Under the pieces are notes generated by a model. It was not told the origin of the DNA, searched no databases, and was given only the letters and a program-made list of their open reading frames with translations. From positions 20,832,001-20,896,000 of the forward strand of contig OZ360232.1 in NCBI GenBank assembly GCA_977017645.1: DNA of 64,000 bases, in the 5' to 3' direction. The stretch is from Torpedo marmorata. Its lineage: Eukaryota. Both the position numbers and the translations under genes were made by a program. Below, in pieces: positions 38,520 to 50,245 of this stretch (positions are counted from its first letter, which is position 1; every line of letters starts with the position of its first letter).

Positions 38520-39720
38520 TTTTGTTTTGAAAATGCTGAACATCTGAAATTAGAACAGAAAAAAAATTGAAATATTCATCAGGTCTGGTAGGATCTGTGA
38601 AAAGAGAAACAGAATGAATGTTTCAGGCGTATTGACCTGTCAATCAGATGACTACATTTTTTCTTCTGTGAGTAATCTGGCATCACCCTGTCAAGGTACT
38701 CTTTATCTATCCCTTGCCTACTCTTTCTCCAAGTTGAAACAAACGTGTTTTCTCCTGTTTTAATAAGAAAGCTGAAGGAACAGCATTTTATCTTCCATCT
38801 GCGCACAATGCAGCCTTCTGGATTTGATATCGATACAACTCTGAATAACTCACTTTCTCGATATTAGAAGTGGCCAGTTCTGCTGAAGGTCACTTTGGCA
38901 CAGATTTATTTTCTCCACAAGAACTGCCTAAGTTGGTGGGCATTTCTTACAGCTCTGCATTTTGTAGTTTTTACATTATTTTGTTTGTGTTTGCTTTCTC
39001 TAACTTGAACCTCTCATAAGAGCTGTTATTTCCTTTGTTCATGTTCTTCCTAGCTAGACACCCTCATTCTTTGATCACTCATTGACAGATCATCCCCATG
39101 AAAACCTTTCCCTCACCTGAGCCCTCCCTCCCCGTCAAACAGTTTTCTGGGGAAGGTATAAAACAGAATAATCATCTAAAATTACTGAAGAAAATGTGAG
39201 TGACATCAGCAAAAGATTATATACCTGAAATCTGAGAACCAATCATGAGTCTAGTTGGCCGTAACGCACCTGCTCTAAAGATGAGATGCTGTTCCTCAAG
39301 TTAACATTGAACTTAATTGGAGTACCAAAGACCAGAATGAAAATGGGTGGAGAATTTAAAGTGAATAGCAACAGCAACAGGGAATTAACTTGCAGATTGG
39401 AGAAATGTGTTTCACAGAATCGTCCAATCAACATTTTGCCTGCCTAATCGAAATTGTGTAACATTGTGAGCAGTGAGTAAATTATTCCAAACTGAAAATA
39501 ATTGAAGTTTCATATTGAAAAAAAATGTCCTTGGCTACTGAAGAGGGTGGAGTTAAAATGGCTAGTATTAACTCTCCTGCTGATGCATACGAAAGTGCAG
39601 TGACGTATAAGTCCTCGATATGAGCACTGGGAATGTTCTATGGAAATTAGTTTCTCTGGCATTTTGTGCATTTTTCCAGTTTCCAGCATCTGCAGTCTTT
39701 CTTGTTTGCCTATTGAAATA
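38520..39720. mobile_element. Cluster of degraded Penelope-like fragments in both orientations
   Basis: + strand KEQHFIFHLRTMQPSG near 38775-38825; minus-strand LEEQHLIFRAG near 39270-39300; ttccagcatctgcagt terminus near 39680. Confidence 0.55.
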
Positions 39721-39727
39721 ATGTTCT

Positions 39728-39756
39728 CCATCTTTGAGAGTATCATTGTTCTCCAT
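39728..39756 (+). promoter_or_regulatory. Candidate Nova-type YCAY cluster (distal intronic splicing enhancer for the gamma-2L exon)
   Basis: CCAT 39728, TCAT 39743 and CCAT 39753 lie 85-113 nt upstream of the terminal exon. This resembles the position of the Nova-binding element in mammalian Gabrg2. Confidence 0.45.
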
Positions 39757-39840
39757 CTATAAGAATGTGGTGTAATGTTTTTTTAAAATTTTATTTTCTC
39801 ACAGTACCTAATTAAAAATTATTTCTTGAATTGAATATAG

Positions 39841-40116
39841 GCACCTACAGTTGATATTCGCCCTCGGTCATCTGCTGTTCAGATGAATAATTCCTCCCAT
39901 CTGCAAGAGCGGGATGAAGAGTATGGATATGAATGTCTGGATGGCAAGGACTGCACCAGCTTCTTCTGTTGTTTTGATGACTGCCGCACAGGGGCATGGA
40001 GGCAAGGGAGGTTACACATCCGTATCACTAAAATTGACTCATATGCCCGGATCTTCTTCCCCACAGCTTTTGGTTTGTTTAACTTGGTCTACTGGGTAGG
40101 CTACCTTTATCTGTAA
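39841..40116 (+). CDS. gabrg2: GABA-A receptor gamma-2 subunit, terminal coding exon (M3-M4 loop, M4, stop)
   Basis: Acceptor aatatag|[94 protein letters not shown] then TAA at 40114-40116. Confidence 0.97.
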   Translation, partial: APTVDIRPRSSAVQMNNSSHLQERDEEYGYECLDGKDCTSFFCCFDDCRTGAWRQGRLHIRITKIDSYARIFFPTAFGLFNLVYWVGYLYL

Positions 40117-40401
40117 ACTGGAAGAGCAGACAGAAACATAGGCCTTATCTGCTGCTGATCCACAAAGATCACTTGTAAAAACACTTAACAGGAAAAGTTG
40201 TACACTTTTAAATAGGTCTTACACAGATTGGAGATTGAAAAAAATCAGTGCATGTTTTTATTTCTGTGCCAAAATTGCTATGAATTACTTTTTTAAAAAA
40301 TGTATCTCTAGAGGACTATCGTGGCAAGTGAAACTCATTTAATTACCCGTCTTCTTGCCAATTGTACTTAATTTATCTGTCCTCTTGGCGCATAAAGTGC
40401 C

Positions 40402-40407
40402 AATAAA
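40402..40407 (+). promoter_or_regulatory. Candidate proximal polyadenylation signal of gabrg2
   Basis: AATAAA about 285 nt downstream of the stop codon. Usage is not demonstrable from sequence; the 3' UTR may be longer. Confidence 0.4.
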
Positions 40408-41827
40408 GCACTTTGGAAAGAGTTTTGCACTGGAATCATGCAATGAATACCTGGAGCTGTGGATCATTGCTGGGGACGACACTTCCCTGTTGAAGGGACA
40501 AGAATGGATTACACAAGCCTAAGCATAACAATCTATTTAGGATTTCAAATATGTGGTTGCTATAATCAGTGCAGCAGTTGTAAATAGACAATATTAAACA
40601 TCTGTTTCTACAAAAATGAGTGGAGTGCAGTAAAGCCTCCTTATGGCAGGGTTTTAAAGTTAAATCAGAAAATGCTGTAAAACACAATATGCCTATTGGT
40701 TTCTCAAGCAAAATAGTAAATTAATAAGAGAAAACACTTCCTCAGCTTTGACAAGGCATAGTAATTAAAACTTAAAAGGCTGACAGACCTACTTTGTATT
40801 CCCAATTTCATTTTTATTTCTTTGTCATAAGATCTTCTGCCATCGTCCCCATGGGGGTAAAATTATTGATTTGTTTTGCTTGTTGGGTCTAACCTTAACA
40901 AGATGAATTACTCATAAGTAATGGTAGTTGATAAGAAGGCTAATTGCCCTGAGTTTGTGTTAATCATATTTCACAACACTCTGTCTTCTGTAATTTGATC
41001 TTTTCTCTCAACTGAGTCTTTGCATGAATGAACCATTGTCCAGCCATGGGAGACAGGCTGGTACCTTGTTCCCTGGCTAGTTCCTGTTCTACACCATGAC
41101 CAGTTGCAAGGAAGCAAAGGTGGGCAAGATATCCTTGGATCTAATCTGGTCAACATCATTAATTCTGGAAGGACTCAGATAGACAAGCAGTATCTGTGGA
41201 AAGAGACTCCTAATCTGGACTGTTATTCACCTTGGCGAGGTCCACGGTTTATATTTAGTATCCCTGTTCTTGCCTTACTCAATATTTGGAATTGAAATAT
41301 TTCACAATATGGTCAAAACGTATGAGATTTAACCTGTGTTAACAAAGGTTACAGTATCTGTCTCATTACCAGTGTGGTATATTTCACTTTTGGTATGATA
41401 GCGCTAATGAAAGAAACACAAATATGCTTACTATTTTGAGATTGCTTGAGATCTGGGCTCAAGATTTCTTTGCACACATGAAACTTGCGTGTTGCACTGT
41501 AATGATATTGATGCATATCCTGACAGTTTAATGTAAAGTTTTATACAATATCTGTAATGAAACAGCTGTAGCTGCCTCACATGGTGATATGAATAAAACT
41601 GAAGGAATAGACCTGTCCAGTCATGACACATTTTATGCTTAAACTAATTTGCAGCTACACTAATAATATTGATTGCAGTGGAATGTTGCCCCTTTCGATG
41701 ACACGCAATCTTTGCTCACTATTAATTTGGTTTATCATTCAGGAATAGTTTAAAACTTACATCACGTTGGTGAATTTTAACATATTTCAAGACTGTATGC
41801 TATCTAGATTCATAAATAACATATAAC

Positions 41828-43648
41828 ATTGTATCTTTACAAGAAGTCTAGTCACAACCTGCGGAAGGCCATCTCTGAAGGAAAATGGCAATTCTGGAGG
41901 AAGCTAGAGACAGAGACAGATACACGCCAGCTATGGCAGGGAGTGCAGGCCATTACAGCCTACAAAGCGAGGGCGAACACTATAGACGGCTGTGATGCTT
42001 CACTACCCGATGAGCTGAACACCTTCTATAGCCCGCTTTGAGAAGTAGAACAAAACAGTGCCTACTAGAATCCCTGAAAAGGCTGAGACCCTGTGATATC
42101 TGTCCCTGAGGGCGACGTCAGAACATCATTCAAGAGGGTGAACCCTCGCAAGGCGTCAGGCCCTGACGGCGTACCTGGCAGGGTACTGAAAATCTGCGCC
42201 AACCAACTAGCCGGAGTGTTCACGGACATTTTCAACCTCTCATTGCGGCAGTCAGAGGTTCCCACCTGCTTCAAAAGGGCATCAATCATCCCGGTACCCA
42301 AGAAGAGTAGTGTGGGCTGCCTCAATGACTACCGCCAAGTAGCACTAACTTAAACTGTGATGAAATGCTTTGAGAGGCTGGTCATGGCCAGAATTAACAC
42401 ATACCTAAGCAAAGATCTGGACCCACTGCAATTCGCCTATCGTCACAATCGCTCCACAGCAGATGCAATATCGCTGGCTCTCCACTCAGCTCTGGATCAC
42501 CTCGAAAACAGCAATTCATACATACGGCTGCTCTTCATCGACTACAGCTCGGCCTTCAATACCATTATTCCCTCAGTGCTGGTCAAGAAGCTACAAACTC
42601 TAGGCCTCTGTACCCCCCTCTGCAACTGGATCCTTGATTTTCTCATCGGAAGACCACAGTCAGTACGAATTGGAAACAACGTCTCCTCCTCACTGATTAT
42701 CAACACAGGTGCACCCCAAGGATGCGTGCTTAGTCCACTGCTCTACTCATTATACACCCATGACTGTGTGGCCAGGCACAATTCCAATGCCATCTACAAG
42801 TTTGCCGATGACACCACAGTTGTCGGCAGAATCACAAACGGCAATGAGGAAGCGTACAGGAGGGAGATAGATCAGCTCGTTGAATGGTGTAATGGCAACA
42901 ACCTTGAGCTCAACGTCAGCAAAACCAAGGAGATGATTGTGGACTTCAGGAGGAAGTCAGGGGAACACGACCTAGTCCTCATCGAGGTCTCAGTAGTGGA
43001 GAGGGTCAAGAACTTCAAATTCCTGGGTGTCAACATCTCCGAGGATCTATCCTGGAGCATCCATGTTGATGCAATCACAAAGAAGGCTCGTCAGCGGCTA
43101 TACTTTGTGAGGTGTCTGCGGAGATTCGGTATGTCACCGAAGACTCTCGTAAACTTCTACAGGTGTACCGTGGAGAGCATTCTGGCTGGTTGCATCACTG
43201 CCTGGTATGGAGGCGCCAACTCTCAGGACAAGAGTAAACTCCAGAGGGTTGTTAACTCGGCCTGTGACATCACAGGCACCAAACCTCACTGTATCGAGGA
43301 CATCTACATGAGGTGGTGTCTTAAAAAAGCAACCTCTATCCTCAAAGACGCCCACCACCCAGGCCATGCCCTCTTCACTCTGTTTCCATCAGGAAAAAGG
43401 TACAGGAGCCTCAAGACGAGCACTCAACAGCACAAGGACAGCTTCTTCCCCGCTGCCATCAGATTCCTGAATAATCAATGAACCAAAGACACTGCCTTAC
43501 TTTTCGTGCACTATTGTTTATAATTTTTTATAGTAATGTTGTAAGATGGTTAATATGAATGTTAATTGCACTATGATGCTGCCGCAAAACACCGAATTTC
43601 ATGACTTGTTCATGACAATAAATTCTGATTCTGATTCTGATTCTGATT
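41828..43648 (+). mobile_element. 5'-truncated Rex1/Babar LINE (RT), young
   Basis: 374-aa ORF 42357-43481 with [25 protein letters not shown] and KFADD; 3' UTR and gacaataaa(ttctga)n tail. Confidence 0.95.
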
Positions 43649-44159
43649 ATTTTGTTCATGGACATTCATCAAGTTCACCTTAATTACCTGCCTTAATGTT
43701 GAAGAAGGGTATTTGGGGAACTTGATTGCCAAAATATGCATCTTATTTTTAAATGGCATGAGATTCTATGATAATATTGTCCCTAAATTGGGAGACTGCC
43801 TGCGGGAAAGAAATAAAAATGTTTAGAGAGAAGCCTGAATTCAATTTTTTTTTAAGCAAAAGTATCTGTGACTACACTTAGAAATACATTTTGCATCGGT
43901 ATCCTGAAATAGTCACATAAATTTAAGTGCAGAGGACTGAGCATATAATTGCTTTGCTTTGTGTGATGAGCAATTTGTCAGAATTGAACAGAATTACATG
44001 AAACAAATTTTATATTTCTCGCCTTTCTGAGTTTTGATTTCCAATTTCAATAGCCTTTTTGATATTGTAGTTATCATGATGTGTGCCCTTAGTTTCAAGT
44101 GGGTTCAATTGAAACAAATATTCAAAAGGAAATCATTTATTTCCTAACACACAAGACAA

Positions 44160-45005
44160 CAACATGGTTAGCGCAGCAGTTGGTGTGATGCTATTACAGC
44201 GCCAGTGAATATGGTTGGAATCTAGCACTGTCTGTAAGGAGTTTGCATGTTCTCCCTGTGTCTGCGTGGGTTTTCTCTGAGTGCTCCGGTTTCCTCCCAC
44301 CCTCCAAAACTTACAGGGTAGTAGGTTAATTTGGGTGTAATTGGGCAGCATGGGTTTAAATACCGTATACTCGTGTAATTGTCGATACTGTGTAATAATC
44401 AACCTTCCTTTTTTGTCCCAAAAATAGGGTGTTTTCGTATGACCCGTACAAAAGTTGACCCCCTTATTTTTGGCCCCGACCGCCTGCCCATCCAAGCTCC
44501 CAACGCCCCGACGCGGACCCTTGCCCCGGCCGCCTGCCCATCTGAACTCCCGATGCCCCAGCCACCCACCCATCCGAGCTCCCGACACCCTGACCGCAGA
44601 TCCTCGCCCTGGCCGCCTACCCATCCGAGATCCCAACGCCCTGACCGCCTGCCCACCAGAGCTCCCAACGCCTCGGCCGCGGATCCTCGCCCTGGCTGTC
44701 TGTCTGCCCATCCAAACTCCCGACGCCCTGGCCACCCACCCATCTGAGATCCCAACCGCAGATCCTCACCCCGGCCGCCCGCTCATCTGAACTCCCGACA
44801 TCCTGGCCGTACCCCGGTCGCCCGCCAATCCGAGCTCCCGACGTCCCGACCGCGGACTTACCACCCGGTCTCGGCCATCCAAGCTCCCGACGCCTTGAAC
44901 GATGCAGATACTTATCGAGGTCAAATGTGGTCCAAAAAATTAGACGATTACACGAGTATATATAATGTAGCTGCAATCAGCTTCTTCCATGCTGTAAATA
45001 AAATT
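44160..45005 (+). mobile_element. V-SINE-like SINE interrupted by a MITE
   Basis: 44160-44360 is colinear with the SINE at 9577; a probable tail remnant resumes after about 44964. Confidence 0.75.
44363..44963. mobile_element. Non-autonomous Tc2/pogo-like DNA transposon with an internal GC-rich minisatellite
   Basis: ta|ccgtatactcgtgtaat ... attacacgagtata (14-nt exact inverted match). Interior has imperfect units ccgcctgcccatccgagctcccgacgccc at about 44475-44895. Confidence 0.75.
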
Positions 45006-45049
45006 TATATAGAAAAATAATTAGTTTAAAAAACATCATCCCATTTTCT

Positions 45050-45270
45050 TTTTTTATTTTAAATATTTTTTTTTAAATTTTTAAATCACACAATACACAG
45101 TTTAAAACGCAAATTTCTCAAATTACATGTGATACATTTTCACCCTCCCACCCTCCCCTCCCTAACCCTCCCAAAAAGTAAGAAAGAAGAAGAAAAGGAT
45201 AGAGTAAGGAGAATGTCAATCTAAAAAGAACAACTATAAACTGATCTTATTGTGGAGGATAGGCTCGCCA
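45050..45270 (-). mobile_element. Short L1 3'-end insertion
   Basis: L1-type 3' motif, C/G tract and T run; probable TSD cattttct at 45042-45049 and 45271-45278. Confidence 0.82.
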
Positions 45271-45754
45271 CATTTTCTGATGTCTGTAAGGACTGGAGTC
45301 CATTAAGTTTGTATCCCAATCTCAAAATGTTGGCCAAACCCGCTGCACCAAATCCTGTGGCTTTGGTCAGGTAAGGTTTCAATGGTAATACAGCTAGCTT
45401 CCAAGATCTGGCATTTGAGGTTGTCTACTAGCATGAGCAAGGCCACTCAGAGTGCCATTAAAATCTTAGCAGTCAACAACATGTTTCAATGAAATTACCA
45501 CGTATAAATCTTTTTATATTATCATCCAGAAAAATCCAATTTATTGTCTGTAACTACTGTCCTGTGCTGCACAGGATTAGATCAAGTATCAACCTTCTCA
45601 GATGGAGAGAGAAGGAGTAAAATAGTTAAGGAAAACAAGCAAGGCAAAGGAAGAGCATTGAAGCAGAAGAGATGGTGGAGGACAAGCATTGAGGTAAGAT
45701 GGGTAAACTTTGTTCTATTTTAATGCAAGGAGCCTGATTGGGAAACTGGATGAG

Positions 45755-45998
45755 TGTGGTAAACCACTGTTTGTGTATTGTATGTACTGCTGTCTGTCCC
45801 GGCGACTCCTCTCCCCTCCTTTGGGTGTCCAGGTAATCCCTCCCCTTTTCTCACCTGAATAAAGGCCTGTGTGCCACTGCTCCGCCCACAGTCCGGTCGA
45901 GATCTGCAGGTCTACTGTTGGTCTGTTTTATGTGTATTAAAGCCTATGGTTCGTTAACCCTCTCATAGTCTCTTGAGTGCTAATTGATAGGCATATCA
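45755..45998 (+). repeat. 5' LTR
   Basis: tgtggtaaacc...ggcatatca; no differences from the 3' LTR seen by eye. Confidence 0.97.
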
Positions 45999-46021
45999 AT
46001 TTAATACACATAAGAAAAATT

Positions 46022-47551
46022 ATGGAAGGCGCCCTCCGACCGGACCGACTGGACATCGACCCTTTAGCTCCTGATGCTGGCCATGCATTCGAACACTGGC
46101 TACGCTGCCTCCGATCATTCTCAAAGGAGGTCAAGGCCGAAAGCGACGAGCAGAAACTAGAGGTCCTAGTATCTAGGGTAAGCCCTCGGTTGTATTCAAC
46201 CACCTGGAAATGCGGGACGTACGACGAGGCGATGGAGGCACTGAGAAAGATCTATGTGACCCCTGTTAATGAGGTCTACGCGAGGTATAGACTATCGTTA
46301 CGAAAACAGCGGGCCGGGGAGTCAATAGTGGACTTTGTCAGGGACATCCAGTCCCTAGTGCGAGCGTGCGCCTGTAAAGCGCTGACTGAAGAACAACATG
46401 TTGATCTGCTGGAGAGGGACACCTTTATTATGGGGATGAGGTCAGTATACGTACACCAGTGGCTGCTGGAGCACTCTGACCTCGATCTCCGTTCTGCGGT
46501 GGCGATGGCTCGCACGCTGGAGTCCGCGCTGCAGAACTCCGACGCGATGCAGACGCGGGACCCCCAGGCTAATGCGTGGATCGCCCCGTTCCCCAGCCCC
46601 ACCGATCCAACTGTGGCCCGCGACCCGATTGCTGCCGCCGCTACCCGCGACCCGACCGCTACCGACGCTATTCTCACCGCCGCAGCTGTTAATCGCGAGC
46701 CCGAGAAGTGCTACTTCTGTGGGCTCGACAAGCATACGAGGAAACGCTGCCCGTCCCGCGACGCGACTTGTTCCAACTGCAGCAAGAAAGGCCACTTCGC
46801 AAAGGCCTGCCGCTCCAAGCCGCGCGCGGGCCCGAGTAGTGCCGCGTGCGAGAGATGGGAGCGGCCAACTTGCAGACTGGCACTTCCGGCGCCGACCGCG
46901 TGTGAGGAGTGGAAGCGGCCATCTTTCATGCTGGCACTTCCGGCGCCGCCATCTCAGAGCCGTACCTCGTTACTTCCTGCACTTCCGGCGCCGCCATTTT
47001 GTACAGAGACCTCCAGCGACACGTGCAACCCACGGGAGCGGCCATTTTTAAAGACCTCGGACCAAGACGACTTCACCCCAACTTTGGCATCCATCACCCT
47101 CGACCAGAACGTTCCCCACCAGCTGACAAGATCCATGATGGACATACTGGTCGAGGGACACAAGATAACGTGTTTATTCGACACTGGCAGCACGGAGAGC
47201 TTTATCCACCCGGATACTGTTCAACGCTGTGGCCTAACGATCGTACCGGTAAGCCAGAGGGTGGCCATGGCGTCGGGGTCCCACACAACAGACATCCGGG
47301 GGGCGTGTGTGGCGAACATTGTGGTACAAGGGACTGAGTACCGGCAATTTTCCTTGTTTGTCATGAACCGTTTGTGTGCTGGTTTGGATTTTCAAAGCCA
47401 TTTGCAGAGCGTTACAATGCGGTATGACGGTCCTCTCCCCGCGATCACTGTAGTCAACCACCAGTTTTTGGATAGCACGCCCGAAACCACCTGTGGTCTC
47501 TCCACCCTTAAGATCTCGCCTCCGTCGTTGTTTGTGAACCTGGGCAACTAA
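46022..47551 (+). CDS. Gypsy Gag-protease
   Basis: ATG at 46022 (MEGALRPDRLDIDP). Tandem zinc knuckles CYFCGLDKHTRKRC and CSNCSKKGHFAKAC; protease LFDTGSTESFI. Ends at a probable deletion/frameshift. Confidence 0.85.
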   Translation: MEGALRPDRLDIDPLAPDAGHAFEHWLRCLRSFSKEVKAESDEQKLEVLVSRVSPRLYSTTWKCGTYDEAMEALRKIYVTPVNEVYARYRLSLRKQRAGESIVDFVRDIQSLVRACACKALTEEQHVDLLERDTFIMGMRSVYVHQWLLEHSDLDLRSAVAMARTLESALQNSDAMQTRDPQANAWIAPFPSPTDPTVARDPIAAAATRDPTATDAILTAAAVNREPEKCYFCGLDKHTRKRCPSRDATCSNCSKKGHFAKACRSKPRAGPSSAACERWERPTCRLALPAPTACEEWKRPSFMLALPAPPSQSRTSLLPALPAPPFCTETSSDTCNPRERPFLKTSDQDDFTPTLASITLDQNVPHQLTRSMMDILVEGHKITCLFDTGSTESFIHPDTVQRCGLTIVPVSQRVAMASGSHTTDIRGACVANIVVQGTEYRQFSLFVMNRLCAGLDFQSHLQSVTMRYDGPLPAITVVNHQFLDSTPETTCGLSTLKISPPSLFVNLGN

Positions 47552-49915
47552 AAGCAGGCGTTACAGTGCCGAGGACAGAGCATTTATCAAGACGGAGGTA
47601 CAGAGATTGCTACAGGAAGGGATTATAGAGAAGAGTAATAGTCCCTGGAGAGCCCAGGTGGTTGTGGTAAAAGGGGCCAAGAGCAGAATGGTGGTGGACT
47701 ACAGCCAAACCATTAACAGGTTTACGCTACTAGACGCATATCCGCTACCACGGATAGCGGAGATGGTGAACCAAATTGCCCAATACCGTCTCTTTTCCAC
47801 CATCGACTTGAAATCGACATATCACCAACTCCCTATCCGTCAGGAGGACCGTTCATACACCGCGTTCGAGGCAGATGGCAGGCTGTTCCAATTCCTGCGC
47901 CTTCCGTTTGGTGTTACTAATGGTGTTTCTGTTTTTCAGCGGGAGATGGACAGGATTGTGGACCATTACAAATTTAAAACCACTTTCCCATATCTTGACG
48001 ACATTACCATCTGTGGTTATGATCGTCAGGACCATGACAACAACCTCCGGAGGTTCCTGCAGGCGGCCAAAGCTCTAAACCTCACGTATAACAAAGAAAA
48101 ATGCGTGTTTGGTACCACTCGCCTCGCTATTTTGGGGTATGTGGTCAAGAACGGGGTAATTGGACCAGACCCCGAACGCATGCGGCCCCTGCTGGAACTT
48201 CCGCTCCCCACCAATCCCAGAGCCCTTAAACGATGCCTCGGGTTCTTTTCCTATTATGCCCAATGGGTCCCAAATTATGCGGATAAGGCCCGACCCCTTG
48301 TGAAATCCACTGCATTTCCCCTTGCTTCGGAGGCACGTAAGGCGTTCGACCTTATAAAAGGGGACATTGCGCGAGCAACAATGCACGCAGTGGATGAGGA
48401 GACACCTTTCCAGGTGGAGAGTGACGCATCGGACTTCGCGCTGGCTGCTACCCTCAACCAGGCGGGAAGGCCGGTGGCATTTTTCTCTTGAACCCTTCAG
48501 GGCCCCGAAATTCGGCACTCAGCAGTGGAGAAGGAAGCCCAGGCCATAGTTGAAGCCATCAGGCACTGGAGGCACTATCTCGCCGGTAAGCATTTTACCC
48601 TGCTGACAGATCAACGCTCTGTGGCATTCATGTTCAACAATCAGCAGCGGGGTAAGATCAAAAATGACAAGATCATGAGGTGGAGAATAGAGCTCTCCAC
48701 GTACAATTACGACATCATGTACCGGCCCGGGAAGCTCAATGAGCCCTCCGATGCTCTATCCCGTGGATCATGCGCCAGCGCGCAGGTCGACCGATTACAC
48801 GCCCTACATGACGACCTATGCCACCCAGGAATTACCAGGCTCTTTCACTTCGTGAAGTCACAGAACCTGCCATACTCCCTGGAAGAGGTCAGGACAATGA
48901 TCAGCAGTTGCCGGGTTTGCGCGGAGTGCAAACCCCAGTTCTACCGCCCTGACAAGGCACAGCTGATCAAAGCTACTCGCCCCTTTGAACGTCTCAGCAT
49001 TGACTTCAAGGGGCCCCTTCCCTCCACGAACCGCAATGTGTACTTTCTGAACATTATTGACGAGTACTTGCGGTTCCCCTTCGCCATTCCCTGCCCCGAC
49101 ACTTCGGCTGCCTCAACCATAAAAGCTCTTCACCAGGTATTTACGCTGTTCGGCTTCCCGAACTACATTCATAGTGACCGGGGATCAGCTTTTATGAGTG
49201 AGGAGCTGCGCCAGTTCCTGCTGACCCGGGGCATCGCCACTATTAGGACCACCGCATACAACCCCCGAGGTAATGGACAGGTGGAAAGGGAGAACGCCAC
49301 TGTCTGGAAGGCGGCACTCCTGGCTCTCAAGTCCAGGGGACTGCCGGTTTCCCGCTGGCAAGATGTTCTCCCCGAAGCCCTCCATTCGATACGGTCCTTA
49401 CTGTGCACAGCCACCAATGTAACGCCCCATGAGAGATTTTTCTCCTTTCCAGGAGGTCCAACACCGGAACCGCCCTGCCTGCCTGGCTGACGTCTCCGGG
49501 GCCGGTGCTGCTCTGCAACCACCTCCGGAGCAGCAAATATGAGCCCGCGGTCCAGAGGGTGCAGTTAGCGCACGCTACCACGCAGTACGCCTACGTGGTC
49601 TTCCCGGATGGGAGAGAGGACACGGTCTCAATTCGGGACCTGGCGCCCGCGGGAGCGCCGGAGGAACCTCTCGACGGGCAAGACCACTCGCTGCGGCCCC
49701 TCCCTATTCCCTCTTCTACAACGTCAGACCAGGCACCCTCGATGGAACCCACAATCCTGCCATCTCACCCAGCACCACAGGGGGAGGCGACGGCCTTGCC
49801 ATCTTCCCCTGCACCACAACCCGCACCCAGGGTACCCCCTGCACCACAACCCGCACCCAGGGTACTGCGCAGGTCACAAAGGCAAGCCAAACCACCGGAT
49901 CACCTTGACCTGTAG
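47540..49915 (+). pseudogene. Gypsy pol (RT, RNase H, integrase), disrupted
   Basis: SNSPW, VDY..IN, YLDD, ESDASD, in-frame TGA at 48489-48491, EKEA, HHCC, IDFKGP, HSDRG, VEREN; frameshift near 49450. Confidence 0.92.
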
Positions 49916-50001
49916 ATTATGACTGTAAATATTTTGAATTCCTGTAGCGATTGTATTGTGGCCACTTCACCCCGCTGGACTCTTTTAAAAGGAGGGGTGA
50001 A

Positions 50002-50245
50002 TGTGGTAAACCACTGTTTGTGTATTGTATGTACTGCTGTCTGTCCCGGCGACTCCTCTCCCCTCCTTTGGGTGTCCAGGTAATCCCTCCCCTTTTCTCA
50101 CCTGAATAAAGGCCTGTGTGCCACTGCTCCGCCCACAGTCCGGTCGAGATCTGCAGGTCTACTGTTGGTCTGTTTTATGTGTATTAAAGCCTATGGTTCG
50201 TTAACCCTCTCATAGTCTCTTGAGTGCTAATTGATAGGCATATCA
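50002..50245 (+). repeat. 3' LTR
   Basis: Direct repeat of 45755-45998, preceded by the PPT. Confidence 0.97.

Larger units (their letters stand above)
45755..50245 (+). mobile_element. Gypsy/Ty3 LTR retrotransposon (Mag-like Gag), complete structure, defective pol
   Basis: TG..CA 244-bp LTRs, 5-bp TSD atgag (45750-45754, 50246-50250), PPT aaaaggaggggtgaa at 49987-50001, domain order gag-PR-RT-RH-IN. Confidence 0.97.

Noticed and set aside
44133-44976. Several overlapping Gly/Arg/Pro-rich ORFs
   Set aside because: Stop-poor GC-rich minisatellite and SINE sequence.
46276-49581. Antisense and alternate-frame ORFs in the Gypsy element; possible env or chromodomain
   Set aside because: Shadow ORFs of GC-rich coding DNA. 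The integrase tail is Pro-rich with a 30-bp duplication and ends about 85 nt before the 3' LTR, leaving no room for env.
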